Below are positions 26,732 through 34,767 of a DNA stretch of 64,000 bases, one piece after another (the stretch's first letter is position 1; each line of letters begins with the position of its first letter). A program made the position numbers and the translations under genes. This DNA comes from Alphaproteobacteria bacterium (GTDB lineage Bacteria; Pseudomonadota; Alphaproteobacteria; UBA8366; Aestuariispiraceae). The stretch is from positions 32,535 to 96,534 of the forward strand of contig JASJDC010000006.1 in the NCBI GenBank assembly GCA_030065235.1. Direction: 5' to 3'. The notes under the pieces are model-generated. The model was not told where the DNA came from. It was given only the letters and a program-made list of their open reading frames with translations, and did no database searches.

Positions 26732-27910
26732 TCACGCTACCTTATAGGCGCGGACAGCGTCCCAGTTGATTTCGACGCCGAGGCCCGGTTTTGTCGGCGG
26801 CGCAATCTCGCCATTCTCAAAGACCAGATCTTCATGCGCTAACTCGCGCCGAAGTTTTTCGAGGCAAAGTTGTGGCGGCAGATATTCAATGAAGGCGATT
26901 TCAGGACGGGCGAAGGCGAGATGCGCGGTCGCCGAAATGGAGACGCCGGTCTTCCAGCAATGCGGCACGACCGGCAGCCCGCGCGTCTGCGCCAGCGCGC
27001 AAACGGCCTGCGCCTCGGTGATCCCGCCGACCCGGCCGACATCCGGTTGCGCCACGCCGATCCCGCCATTTTCGATCAGATCGACGAATTCCCAGCGCGT
27101 CGCCAACCATTCCCCGGACGCGATCGGGATCGGGATCATATCAGCGAGCTTGCGATGCTCGTCGATGAAATCCGGCCAGATCGGCGTTTCCAGGAAATAG
27201 AGATCGAACTCGACCCAGTCGCGCGCGACCGATGCGGCGGTTTCCGCGTCGCGCCAGAGATATTGCACATCCACCATCAGGGTGACTTCCGGCCCGATGG
27301 CGTCGCGCACGGCGGCCACGACCTCGGTATGGCGGTCATAGCTCTCGTTAAGCCCGCTATGCGCATAGGGGCCGTTCATCGTGCATTCGGCCTTGACCGC
27401 TTTGAAGCCAAGGTCGACGGCGTCTCGGGCTGAGGCGCAGAGCGCGTCGCGGTAGGCTTCAAAACTGCCGCCGGCGGGTTGCAGCGAGGCGTAGGGTACG
27501 ACGGGCGTATCGCGCTGTTGTCCCAACAAGGCGTGCAGCGGTTTTCCGGCCGCCTTGCCGGCGATGTCCCACAGCGCCATCTCCAGCGCGCCGAGCGCAT
27601 GGATTACAGCGCCGCGACGGCCATTCATCGCGGTTTGCGTGTATATCTTCTCCCAGATTGCGCGGATATCCGAGATATCAGAGATGTCGGCCCCAAGCAG
27701 AAGGTCGCGCATCGACAATCCCATTGTATGAGTGCCCGGCGCCTCGATACAGGCCTTGCCGATCCAGGGGTTGAGATCTGATTCGCCATAGCCTTCGATC
27801 CCGTCATCCGTTTTCAGCACGACCAGCAGACTGTCCTGGGCCGAGGAGGTGAAGGAGGCGTCATAGTCGTCGGCCAGCAATACGTGGCACTCAATATCGA
27901 TGATTTTCAT
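26732..27910 (-). CDS. enolase-superfamily enzyme, mandelate racemase subgroup (acid-sugar dehydratase-like; substrate unknown)
   Basis: KxK motif FKAVKAE; metal-ligand contexts LMVDVQ, YFLETP and IASGEW; QPDVGRVGG and PHCW (His-Asp dyad context). Confidence 0.8.
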   Translation of the reverse strand: MKIIDIECHVLLADDYDASFTSSAQDSLLVVLKTDDGIEGYGESDLNPWIGKACIEAPGTHTMGLSMRDLLLGADISDISDIRAIWEKIYTQTAMNGRRGAVIHALGALEMALWDIAGKAAGKPLHALLGQQRDTPVVPYASLQPAGGSFEAYRDALCASARDAVDLGFKAVKAECTMNGPYAHSGLNESYDRHTEVVAAVRDAIGPEVTLMVDVQYLWRDAETAASVARDWVEFDLYFLETPIWPDFIDEHRKLADMIPIPIASGEWLATRWEFVDLIENGGIGVAQPDVGRVGGITEAQAVCALAQTRGLPVVPHCWKTGVSISATAHLAFARPEIAFIEYLPPQLCLEKLRRELAHEDLVFENGEIAPPTKPGLGVEINWDAVRAYKVA

Positions 27911-27976
27911 TGTGAAACTGGTCCTATGCGCTGGCTGCGGGCGGCGGCGTTCCGCCGCCCGCGAACGCCGGCTTGC

Positions 27977-28978
27977 TTAGTTGGCGGCTTTGACCTCGTT
28001 CCAAACCTGAACGCGGCGATCGAAATCCTCGACCGGCGCCAGCCAGACCAGACGATCCGCATAATCCAGTCCTGCGCTTTCCGACGTCGTGTTGCCGTAT
28101 CCTTTCAGCTCGGTCATCGTCGGGCCTACCGTACCGTTTAAATAGTAGTTCACATAGGCGTGGGCGCAATCGGTGTCTTGCGCGCCTTTCGACAGCGCCC
28201 AAGTATCGAGCCAGCCGATGCCGCCTTCCTTGGGAATGGCGTAGGTGACGTCGAATCCACGCTCCGCCAATTCGACGGCTTGAAATTCGCCCATCGAGAA
28301 CATCAGCCGGGCTTGCGAATTCTCCCAGATATTCACGCCCTCTTCGAAGCCGGCATAGTAGCTGATCAGATTGCTCTTCATTTCGATCAGCTTTTGTTTT
28401 ACCGCTTCGAACTGGGCGTCGGTCAGATTGAACGGGTCCTCATAGCCCAGGACAATCGCCGCGTTGGTGACGTTGTTGTTGGCGTCGTCGAGGGCCAGGA
28501 CATGGCCCGCATTTTCCGCCGACCACAGCGCCTCCCAGCTATCCACGCCATCGGGAAAGGCTTCATTGTCATAGATTAACGCCAGCGACCCCCAGGCGAT
28601 TGGTACGCCGTAAGTTTCGCCGTCGATCTGGGCCTCCGCCACATCTTGAAAGGCGGGCAGCAGGTTTGCGACGTTCGGGATCTTCGACATGTCATAGGGC
28701 TGCAGCAGGCCTTGGCCGGTATAGCGGCCGAACAGGCTCGTATCGATCGAGATCAGATCGAAGTCGGCGCCGTCCGACCCCTGCATCCGGGCGAACATCT
28801 CGTCCACCGACCCGGTATAGGTCGCCGATACGCTGCATCCTGTCTCCGCCTCGAAAGCGTCGACCCATTCCGGTTCGGCGTATCCTTCAAAACTGAAAAG
28901 GCGCACCTCTTGGGCGGATGCGGCGCCGGCGTATAGTGCGGTTGCGCAGCAGCCGGCCAACAGTGTTTTTATCGTCAT
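27977..28978 (-). CDS. ABC transporter substrate-binding protein (PotD/PotF-like)
   Basis: Signal peptide MTIKTLLAGCCATALYAGAASAQ. About 333 aa, with spermidine/putrescine-binding-family-like composition. Confidence 0.8.
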   Translation of the reverse strand: MTIKTLLAGCCATALYAGAASAQEVRLFSFEGYAEPEWVDAFEAETGCSVSATYTGSVDEMFARMQGSDGADFDLISIDTSLFGRYTGQGLLQPYDMSKIPNVANLLPAFQDVAEAQIDGETYGVPIAWGSLALIYDNEAFPDGVDSWEALWSAENAGHVLALDDANNNVTNAAIVLGYEDPFNLTDAQFEAVKQKLIEMKSNLISYYAGFEEGVNIWENSQARLMFSMGEFQAVELAERGFDVTYAIPKEGGIGWLDTWALSKGAQDTDCAHAYVNYYLNGTVGPTMTELKGYGNTTSESAGLDYADRLVWLAPVEDFDRRVQVWNEVKAAN

Positions 28979-29040
28979 GGCTTCTTGCCTCCATTGGTTG
29001 TCGTGGGTTCGGCGCTTGACGGCGCTCTCTTGGTTTCGGT

Positions 29041-29718
29041 TTAAGCTTCCGCGTCGGCCGCGATCAGCGAGCGTGGGCCAACGATATGGTCGGTCAGTTC
29101 CGCCTCTAACGCCTCCGCGTCGCCGGACAGGAGGACGTCCCGCAGCTTCACATGCTGGGCGTGAATCGTCTGAAAATCCGGGCTTCTATAGACCTCCATC
29201 CCAAAGATGATCTGAACGTGACGCGACAGCCCCACCCAGGTCTTCATACCCAGGAAATGCTCTGACACCTCGACCGCGTGTCGGTGAAAGGCCAAGTCGG
29301 CGCGATTGATCGCGATCGCGTCATGCGTTTCCGCCGCGCGCAGAATGTTATCGATTTCATGGTTTAGAGGCGAGACAAGCGCTGGATCGGCCATCAGTTT
29401 CGGCATGGCCTGACGCAGCATGATCGTCTCAAGCGCGACGCGTAGATCGTAGACTTCGCGAAGATGGGCGCTGTCGAAGGGGGCGACGCAATAGCCGCGC
29501 GCGCCCGCCTCTTGCAGGATTCCCTGGGTCGCCATCCGCTGGACCGCCTCCCGCACCGGCACCCGGCTGACCCCCAGCTTCTCCGCAATCTCGTTCTCGC
29601 GCACCCGTGCGCCGGGCGGCAGTTGGTTTGTAGCGATGGCCAGGATCAGCCGATCGATCGTCAAGTCCGCCAGACTACGGCGCTCAATCGTCTCGATCCC
29701 CTGAAACCCCGACGCCAT
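29041..29718 (-). CDS. GntR-family transcriptional regulator (FadR/FCD subfamily)
   Basis: Winged HTH ENEIAEKLGVSRVPVREAVQRMATQGIL followed by a helical FCD-like domain. ATG 29718 preferred over the listed 29793. Confidence 0.85.
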   Translation of the reverse strand: MASGFQGIETIERRSLADLTIDRLILAIATNQLPPGARVRENEIAEKLGVSRVPVREAVQRMATQGILQEAGARGYCVAPFDSAHLREVYDLRVALETIMLRQAMPKLMADPALVSPLNHEIDNILRAAETHDAIAINRADLAFHRHAVEVSEHFLGMKTWVGLSRHVQIIFGMEVYRSPDFQTIHAQHVKLRDVLLSGDAEALEAELTDHIVGPRSLIAADAEA

Positions 29719-29740
29719 GAACGCGCTCCCAAGCCGGCTG

Positions 29741-29765
29741 ATACATAATTCTGTATTTTGTATAC
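29741..29765. promoter_or_regulatory. GntR-type operator candidates: ATACA-N6-TGTAT dyad and adjacent GTATAC
   Basis: ATACAtaattcTGTAT at 29741-29756 and the palindrome GTATAC at 29760-29765. These lie 23-47 bp upstream of the GntR start codon in a locally AT-rich patch. The GT..AC cores fit the generic GntR operator logic. Confidence 0.3.
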
Positions 29766-29937
29766 CGTAGACGAAGAAAGGGGCGCTGTCCACCCTTTAA
29801 GAATGACGCAAAAAGGGGCGCGGGCGTTTTGGGGGCGTGTTGAACGCGTTACAGCGTCAGAAACGGCGCAGCACGCCGCCCGACTGAGACGGGGCGCTCG
29901 GGGAGGGTGGAGTGGCTGCTAGACCGATGTCGAAAGG

Positions 29938-31302
29938 TTACTGCGACAACCGCTCGAGCAGCGCGCAGCCCCGAGCGTTTCCGCCGTCGCAGCCTTGACG
30001 GTAGAGGCGCGCCGCCGCCTCCGGGTCCGCCGGCAGCCTGAAGCCTTGTTCATAGAATACGCCGAGATTGGTGCAGGCCTCAGTGTTTCCGCCGTCGCAG
30101 ACTTGTCGGAGGCGAAGCTCCCCGGCCGCCGGGTCCGCCGGCATCCCCCTACCTAGAAAATGAAGTAAGCCAAGAATGTGGCAGCCCAGTGCGTTTCCGC
30201 CGTCGCAGGCGTGCCGAAACAGGCGGGCCGCCTGCTTCGGTTCGACCTCATATTGTCTCAAACCGTGCCTTACGCATTCTTCCGTGATACCGCCTTCGCA
30301 GGCGAGCAGGAGAAGCTCGAACTGGGCCTGCTCTTCTTTGGTCAGGCGCGCGACGTCGAGGCAGACCTGGCCCTTGAACAGTGTGCAGAGGGTCCGGTCG
30401 ATTGGGGTGAGTCCGTCCGCGTCTTTCTGCATCAGGGCGGCGGCGGACAAGGACCCGAGGAAGGTCGTAACAAAGACGAAACAGGCGAGAATGTGGAACG
30501 GTCTCTCCCGGACGGCGACCCACCCCGGCAGTTTCGCGCAGAGGCGTATCGCCCAGGTCGAAATCAGATAGGCCCAGCTCCAGACGCTGGTCAGGAAGGT
30601 CGAGTAGAACAGGACCGAGAAGATCGAGAAGACGCCGATAATCTCGGCGAAACCCTCTATCTCGCCTTGATGCAAGGGACTGTTGAGATAGGCGAAAATG
30701 GCGGCCCAGATGATCAGGCCCGAGATCAGAAGATCGGCGACCAGCACCGCGCCTTGCGCCCAGACCCGTCTCAATCGGTGCATCTGGCCCAGCAGCAGGC
30801 GCGTCTCCAACAGGGAAACATAGTCGGCGGCGATATTAACGGCCAGGGCGATGACCAGGATGGCGCCCAGGGACAGGTTCGCCTGCGCGCGCAAGTCGAG
30901 CGCGCCGATACTGCCGAAGACCAGCCAGATTAGGGTGACCGCGATCAGAGATGCGACGGCGGAGCGCCATAGGCAGACCCATGAGAGATGCTTTTGCCCG
31001 AAGAGCGCGTCAAAGTAATCGGTGAAGGCCGTCGACCAATCCTGGCTTGACCGGTCACCTATCAATAACTCGGCGATCTCCTGCTTCTTCGTATCGGTCA
31101 AGACCGAGCCAGCCAACAGCGTGAGGCCGAACAGGCTGCTGGACAACCAAATCGCCCATTCAGCGTGGGTCGCTAGAAATGCCCACAGCGGCGCGAGATC
31201 GGATGGCTGAATGGCCCTACCCCCTGCCCAAGAGCGCCGACAGCAGCAGACGTCTCTGTCGATTGCACCCAAAGGATATAGCCGTGACGCCGGCCGGTCC
31301 AC
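29938..31302 (-). CDS. polytopic membrane protein with C-terminal cysteine-containing Sel1-like (Hcp-type) repeats
   Basis: About 300 aa of repeated hydrophobic helices, then three repeats of the form CDGGNxxGCxxLGxxYxxGxGxPADPxxAxxLYRQ. GTG start at 31302 is the only in-frame start near the 5' end. Confidence 0.65.
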   Translation of the reverse strand: MDRPASRLYPLGAIDRDVCCCRRSWAGGRAIQPSDLAPLWAFLATHAEWAIWLSSSLFGLTLLAGSVLTDTKKQEIAELLIGDRSSQDWSTAFTDYFDALFGQKHLSWVCLWRSAVASLIAVTLIWLVFGSIGALDLRAQANLSLGAILVIALAVNIAADYVSLLETRLLLGQMHRLRRVWAQGAVLVADLLISGLIIWAAIFAYLNSPLHQGEIEGFAEIIGVFSIFSVLFYSTFLTSVWSWAYLISTWAIRLCAKLPGWVAVRERPFHILACFVFVTTFLGSLSAAALMQKDADGLTPIDRTLCTLFKGQVCLDVARLTKEEQAQFELLLLACEGGITEECVRHGLRQYEVEPKQAARLFRHACDGGNALGCHILGLLHFLGRGMPADPAAGELRLRQVCDGGNTEACTNLGVFYEQGFRLPADPEAAARLYRQGCDGGNARGCALLERLSQ

Positions 31303-31333
31303 AGCGGCGTTTTCGGTCCAGTGAGGTAAGAGA

Positions 31334-31408
31334 TGGTGGGCGCGGCTGGGATTGAACCAGCGACCCCTGCCGTGTGAAGGCAGTGCTCTCCCGCTGAGCT
31401 ACGCGCCC
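31334..31408 (-). tRNA. tRNA-Val (anticodon CAC)
   Basis: 75-nt cloverleaf read by hand: acceptor GGGCGCG/CGCGCCC, D-arm GCTC-AGCGGGA-GAGC, anticodon stem CTGCC/GGCAG with loop TTCACAC, T-arm GCTGG-TTCAATC-CCAGC, and an encoded CCA. Confidence 0.9.
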
Positions 31409-31621
31409 GGCCGGCCGTCGGTGAAGCGAACGACGGCGGCGGATCAAAGGCGTCGATGTATGTCGCCGGGTCTGGGCTGTCAACTGACTCGAAAACGGCT
31501 GAGCGACCGCCTCTGTTCTGCGCCTTTCCCACTTAGTTTGGAAATAGTCATCGTGATCCAAGGGGCTTTCCGCTGGCGTACAATTCCTTGAAGGCGCGTT
31601 CGGCGCGCCAATATAGGGATA

Positions 31622-31640
31622 ACCGTATCGTTGATACGGT
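31622..31640. promoter_or_regulatory. perfect 8-bp inverted repeat ACCGTATC-gtt-GATACGGT just upstream of the RBS of the next gene
   Basis: Seen directly. It ends 6 nt before the GGAGGAGGA Shine-Dalgarno of the ORF starting at 31661. Function unknown. Confidence 0.25.
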
Positions 31641-31660
31641 CAATCGGAGGAGGACGCGCC

Positions 31661-32617
31661 ATGCAGGCGGCCGCTTGGTTGGTAGTGCCCGTTGCTTCAT
31701 GTTTTTGGAAAAACACGCGGTTTACGGCTCTTTCAGCAGCCGTTGTAAGCGCGGCTACGCTCGGCGCGCCCGCCGCCTTCGCGGAGTCGACGGCCACAGG
31801 GACAGCGCCGCAAGTGGCGACAGTGGAGACCTCGGACAGCAAGACGTCCGATATCGCCGCGGCTTTGGCCAAACCGGTGGAATTGTCCTACGAGGTCTAT
31901 TTCAGCGGCATGAACATTATGCGCGCCGATGCGCGGATGATCATGCGCGATGGTTCCTATCGCCTGGAAGCGGATGGCAATACGAAAGGTCTCGCCGATT
32001 TCTTCGCATCATGGCAGGGCGCCACCTTCACCGAAGGCCGGTTTGACGCCGAGGGTCGCGCCGTTCCCGAGCATCACCGGCAAGAGAGCTCGTGGAAAGG
32101 CGAAGCCCGCGAAATCGACATCAAATACGACGCTGACGGCCAGGTGAACGGCGTCTCGGTGGCCCCGCCGCCGGACTTGGACGAAGTAACGGAGATGCCG
32201 GAAGGCGCTGAAATAGACACGATCGACGCCGTAACCGTCTTTGCGCAACAGTCCCGCCGCATTACGGCCGGACTTGGTTGCGACGCAAAATACGCAGTGT
32301 ATGACGGGCGCCGCCGGTTCGATCTTACGATCACGTCTGGCGGCATGGAAATCATCGAGCCAAACGCTTACTCGGTGTACAATGGCGCCGCAGAGGCCTG
32401 CCGGGTCAAGATCGAACTGCTTGGCGGCGAGCAGAAGGACAAAAGTAAATACGCGAAGACCGCTCGCAATCGCACAGTCTATGTCGCCCGGCCTTTGGCC
32501 GACGGCCCCGCCGTCCCGGTGCGCATGCGGATCGATACCGATTACGGCGTGTTAATGGCGCATCTGACCCGTATTTCCGACGGCGATCGGCAGATCGCAC
32601 TAAATGTGGACGATTGA
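31661..32617 (+). CDS. DUF3108-like exported protein
   Basis: ATG 31661 follows GGAGGAGGA, and there is an N-terminal hydrophobic signal. ELSYEVYFSGMNIMRADARM...YRLEADGNTKGLADFF and YAVYDGRRRFDL resemble the DUF3108 beta-barrel family, from recollection. Confidence 0.55.
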   Translation: MQAAAWLVVPVASCFWKNTRFTALSAAVVSAATLGAPAAFAESTATGTAPQVATVETSDSKTSDIAAALAKPVELSYEVYFSGMNIMRADARMIMRDGSYRLEADGNTKGLADFFASWQGATFTEGRFDAEGRAVPEHHRQESSWKGEAREIDIKYDADGQVNGVSVAPPPDLDEVTEMPEGAEIDTIDAVTVFAQQSRRITAGLGCDAKYAVYDGRRRFDLTITSGGMEIIEPNAYSVYNGAAEACRVKIELLGGEQKDKSKYAKTARNRTVYVARPLADGPAVPVRMRIDTDYGVLMAHLTRISDGDRQIALNVDD

Positions 32618-32704
32618 TCAACGAAAAAACGGGTAGTCAATAAGAGCGCGGGAGGCGACCGGGGCCGAGCCCGCTCGCCCGGCGGACGTCGGTATGGAAG
32701 ATCG

Positions 32705-33280
32705 TTGTTCCAGGGTGGACACCCTAAGACACTGCTCCATTTTATTGGTCGGTCCTCTGCAGGAAAGGCGCTCCAGTCTAACCGGGAATTCGATGTGAGG
32801 AGCGTCAAGATCGACGCCGTATCGTTGCCTTATCTTGAAGAGGCGGCTCCGGCCTTCCGTTTGGCTCTGGTGTTTGCACAGTCTGCGGACCGAGATCCGA
32901 ACCTGCGTCTGCTCCAAACCCAACTCGAAAATCTCCAGGTCTTTGCACCGACCGACGGATGGCCGTTTATGTATTGCGGCGGCCTTAGTACAACCGCCTA
33001 CATTGTCGGCAAAGACGCAGCGCGCCGCCTTGTGGACCAGATTGGGGTCGGGTCAATGGCGTTTCATGCCGCCGTAACGAGAGATTATCACGAGACCGCC
33101 GCCACCGGCCGACCGATCGCACAGCGCGTGAAAGGCGTGTTGTCTATTGACGGTCGATCGATGATCGTAAGCTACTATCGATTTGTTTTTCGGATGAATT
33201 TCCAAAGCACCCGCGCGCTCGCCAGTCTCACCCGCTTTGTTGGACCTGGAGAACCCTTACGGCTGATGGACGCCGTCTGA
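32705..33280 (+). CDS. hypothetical protein (possibly a degenerate gene)
   Basis: ORF opens with TTG and has no ATG in its first ~95 codons (first in-frame Met is MYCGG, residue 96), with no clear RBS. Only a weak resemblance (GGLSTTAYIVGKDAARRLV) to the C-terminal part of family-25 glycosyltransferases. Confidence 0.3.
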   Translation: MFQGGHPKTLLHFIGRSSAGKALQSNREFDVRSVKIDAVSLPYLEEAAPAFRLALVFAQSADRDPNLRLLQTQLENLQVFAPTDGWPFMYCGGLSTTAYIVGKDAARRLVDQIGVGSMAFHAAVTRDYHETAATGRPIAQRVKGVLSIDGRSMIVSYYRFVFRMNFQSTRALASLTRFVGPGEPLRLMDAV

Positions 33281-33487
33281 GGGGGCGTGGCGAAGCGTGC
33301 CAATGCGGCGCCGCGCCGCGGCCTATGATGGCCAACTCGGCTGTTTTATCTGGATCGTCCCGGCTGAAAGGGGGAGCCATTGGCTGGATCGGCCTTGTTC
33401 GCACACCCGATCGGCGCAGAGTGGACTCTGCACGGCCCTGCATTTCGTCGAAACGCCCTAGGCGGCCACGGGAGGGGCGCATGCCGG

Positions 33488-34183
33488 CTAACCAAGGCGA
33501 ACCAACCTGTTCAGCATGCGCGGCGAGTTGAGGATGAAATCGGCGCCCATGCTGCTTGCCGGATCGGGGGCGTAACCTTGACTCATCAGGGCGACCGGCA
33601 GGCCAGCGGCTTTGGCGGCGGCGATATCGACCCAGGTGTCGCCGACGAACAGGGTGTCGCGCCGCGCCGCGCCGAGCAGGTCGAGAATGATCCGGATCGG
33701 CCTCGGGTCCGGCTTCTTGAACGGCAAATCGTCGCCCGCCAGCACAAGGTCGAAATAGCCGGTCCAGTTGAGGCGTTGCAACACCCGCTCGGTGGCCGCG
33801 CGCGGTTTGTTGGTGCACAACGCCGTCCTGACGCCCGCGCGTTTCAGTCGGCGCAGCATGGGATCGACCCCGGGAAAAGGGCGGGTTCTGGACACGGGGC
33901 CGGCATGGTAGGCCGCTAAGAAGCGGGCCAGGGCGTCCGGATAGTCCTGCAGCGACAAACCTGCCGCTGCATAAGCGCGTTCCATGAATCTCGGCGCGCC
34001 GCCGCCGACCATGCCGGCGACAACCGCTTCGGGCAAAGCCGGGGCCCCGTCTTCAACCAGGATCCGATTGGCCGCCGCGGCGATATCCGGCGTGCTGTGG
34101 ATGAGCGCGCCGTCGAGATCGAAAATCACCGCCGGGGCGCCGCTGCGCCGTCGCCGACCGTTCTGGTGGATCCTGTTCCGCAT
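33488..34183 (-). CDS. HAD-superfamily hydrolase, phosphoglycolate-phosphatase-like
   Basis: Motif I VIFDLDGALIHS, motif II LCTNK, motif IV LFVGDTWVDIAAAKAAG. ATG 34183 preferred over the listed 34291. Confidence 0.8.
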   Translation of the reverse strand: MRNRIHQNGRRRRSGAPAVIFDLDGALIHSTPDIAAAANRILVEDGAPALPEAVVAGMVGGGAPRFMERAYAAAGLSLQDYPDALARFLAAYHAGPVSRTRPFPGVDPMLRRLKRAGVRTALCTNKPRAATERVLQRLNWTGYFDLVLAGDDLPFKKPDPRPIRIILDLLGAARRDTLFVGDTWVDIAAAKAAGLPVALMSQGYAPDPASSMGADFILNSPRMLNRLVRLG

Positions 34184-34341
34184 CAATGCTCCGTCCGGTT
34201 GAGCGTCGCGCCGAAGAACCACGATCCGTCTGCGGCTTGACGCCCACTGTGTGCTTGAGGTCCTGGTCCGGGACACGGTATCTTCGCCCAAGCTCGGTCG
34301 GCGTTGGACGCCGATACGCCTTTCTGCGCGAAGGAAACCTA

Positions 34342-34578
34342 GTGGCTGAGAACGCCTTGGTCGACCTCTATCTTCCGCAATTGCGTGCGGCGTTGGAGGA
34401 TGTGGTCGGCAGCGATTTGGCTGACAGCCTGGTCAAGGCGGCGATGCAGAAGGGCGAGCTGACCCTCGACATGCAGCTTGCGATCAATGACGGCGTGGAC
34501 TTGTTGGATGACGCCAAGCGCCGCGAGGTGCTTGCGATCATCGACGATATGCGGCGTCGGGTGCGTCAAGAATCGTAA
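34342..34578 (+). CDS. small (78 aa) acidic helical hypothetical protein
   Basis: GTG 34342 follows AAGGAAA by 4 nt. The longer listed ORF (34186) would run antisense through the HAD gene start. No recognisable domain. Confidence 0.4.
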   Translation: MAENALVDLYLPQLRAALEDVVGSDLADSLVKAAMQKGELTLDMQLAINDGVDLLDDAKRREVLAIIDDMRRRVRQES

Positions 34579-34767
34579 CTTTGGGCAAAATCCCGTTACA
34601 AACTGTGACTTGGCGGGCTTTGGCGCCTGTGGCAGTAGGAGGCGGCGCGCCGCTGGCCGAGGGTCCGCCCATTCCTTGATCCAAGCCGGACGGGACGCGC
34701 TGCTCGACCCCCGCGTCGCCGATTCGTTTGACCCGCGTCCCGCGCATTTTGCTCGATAGGCTTTGTG

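Noticed and set aside
29811-29835. gggcgcgg near the Sel1-repeat gene 3' end resembling the tRNA-Val 3' end (possible att repeat)
   Set aside because: Only 8 contiguous matching nucleotides in a G+C-rich background. Not enough to call an island boundary.
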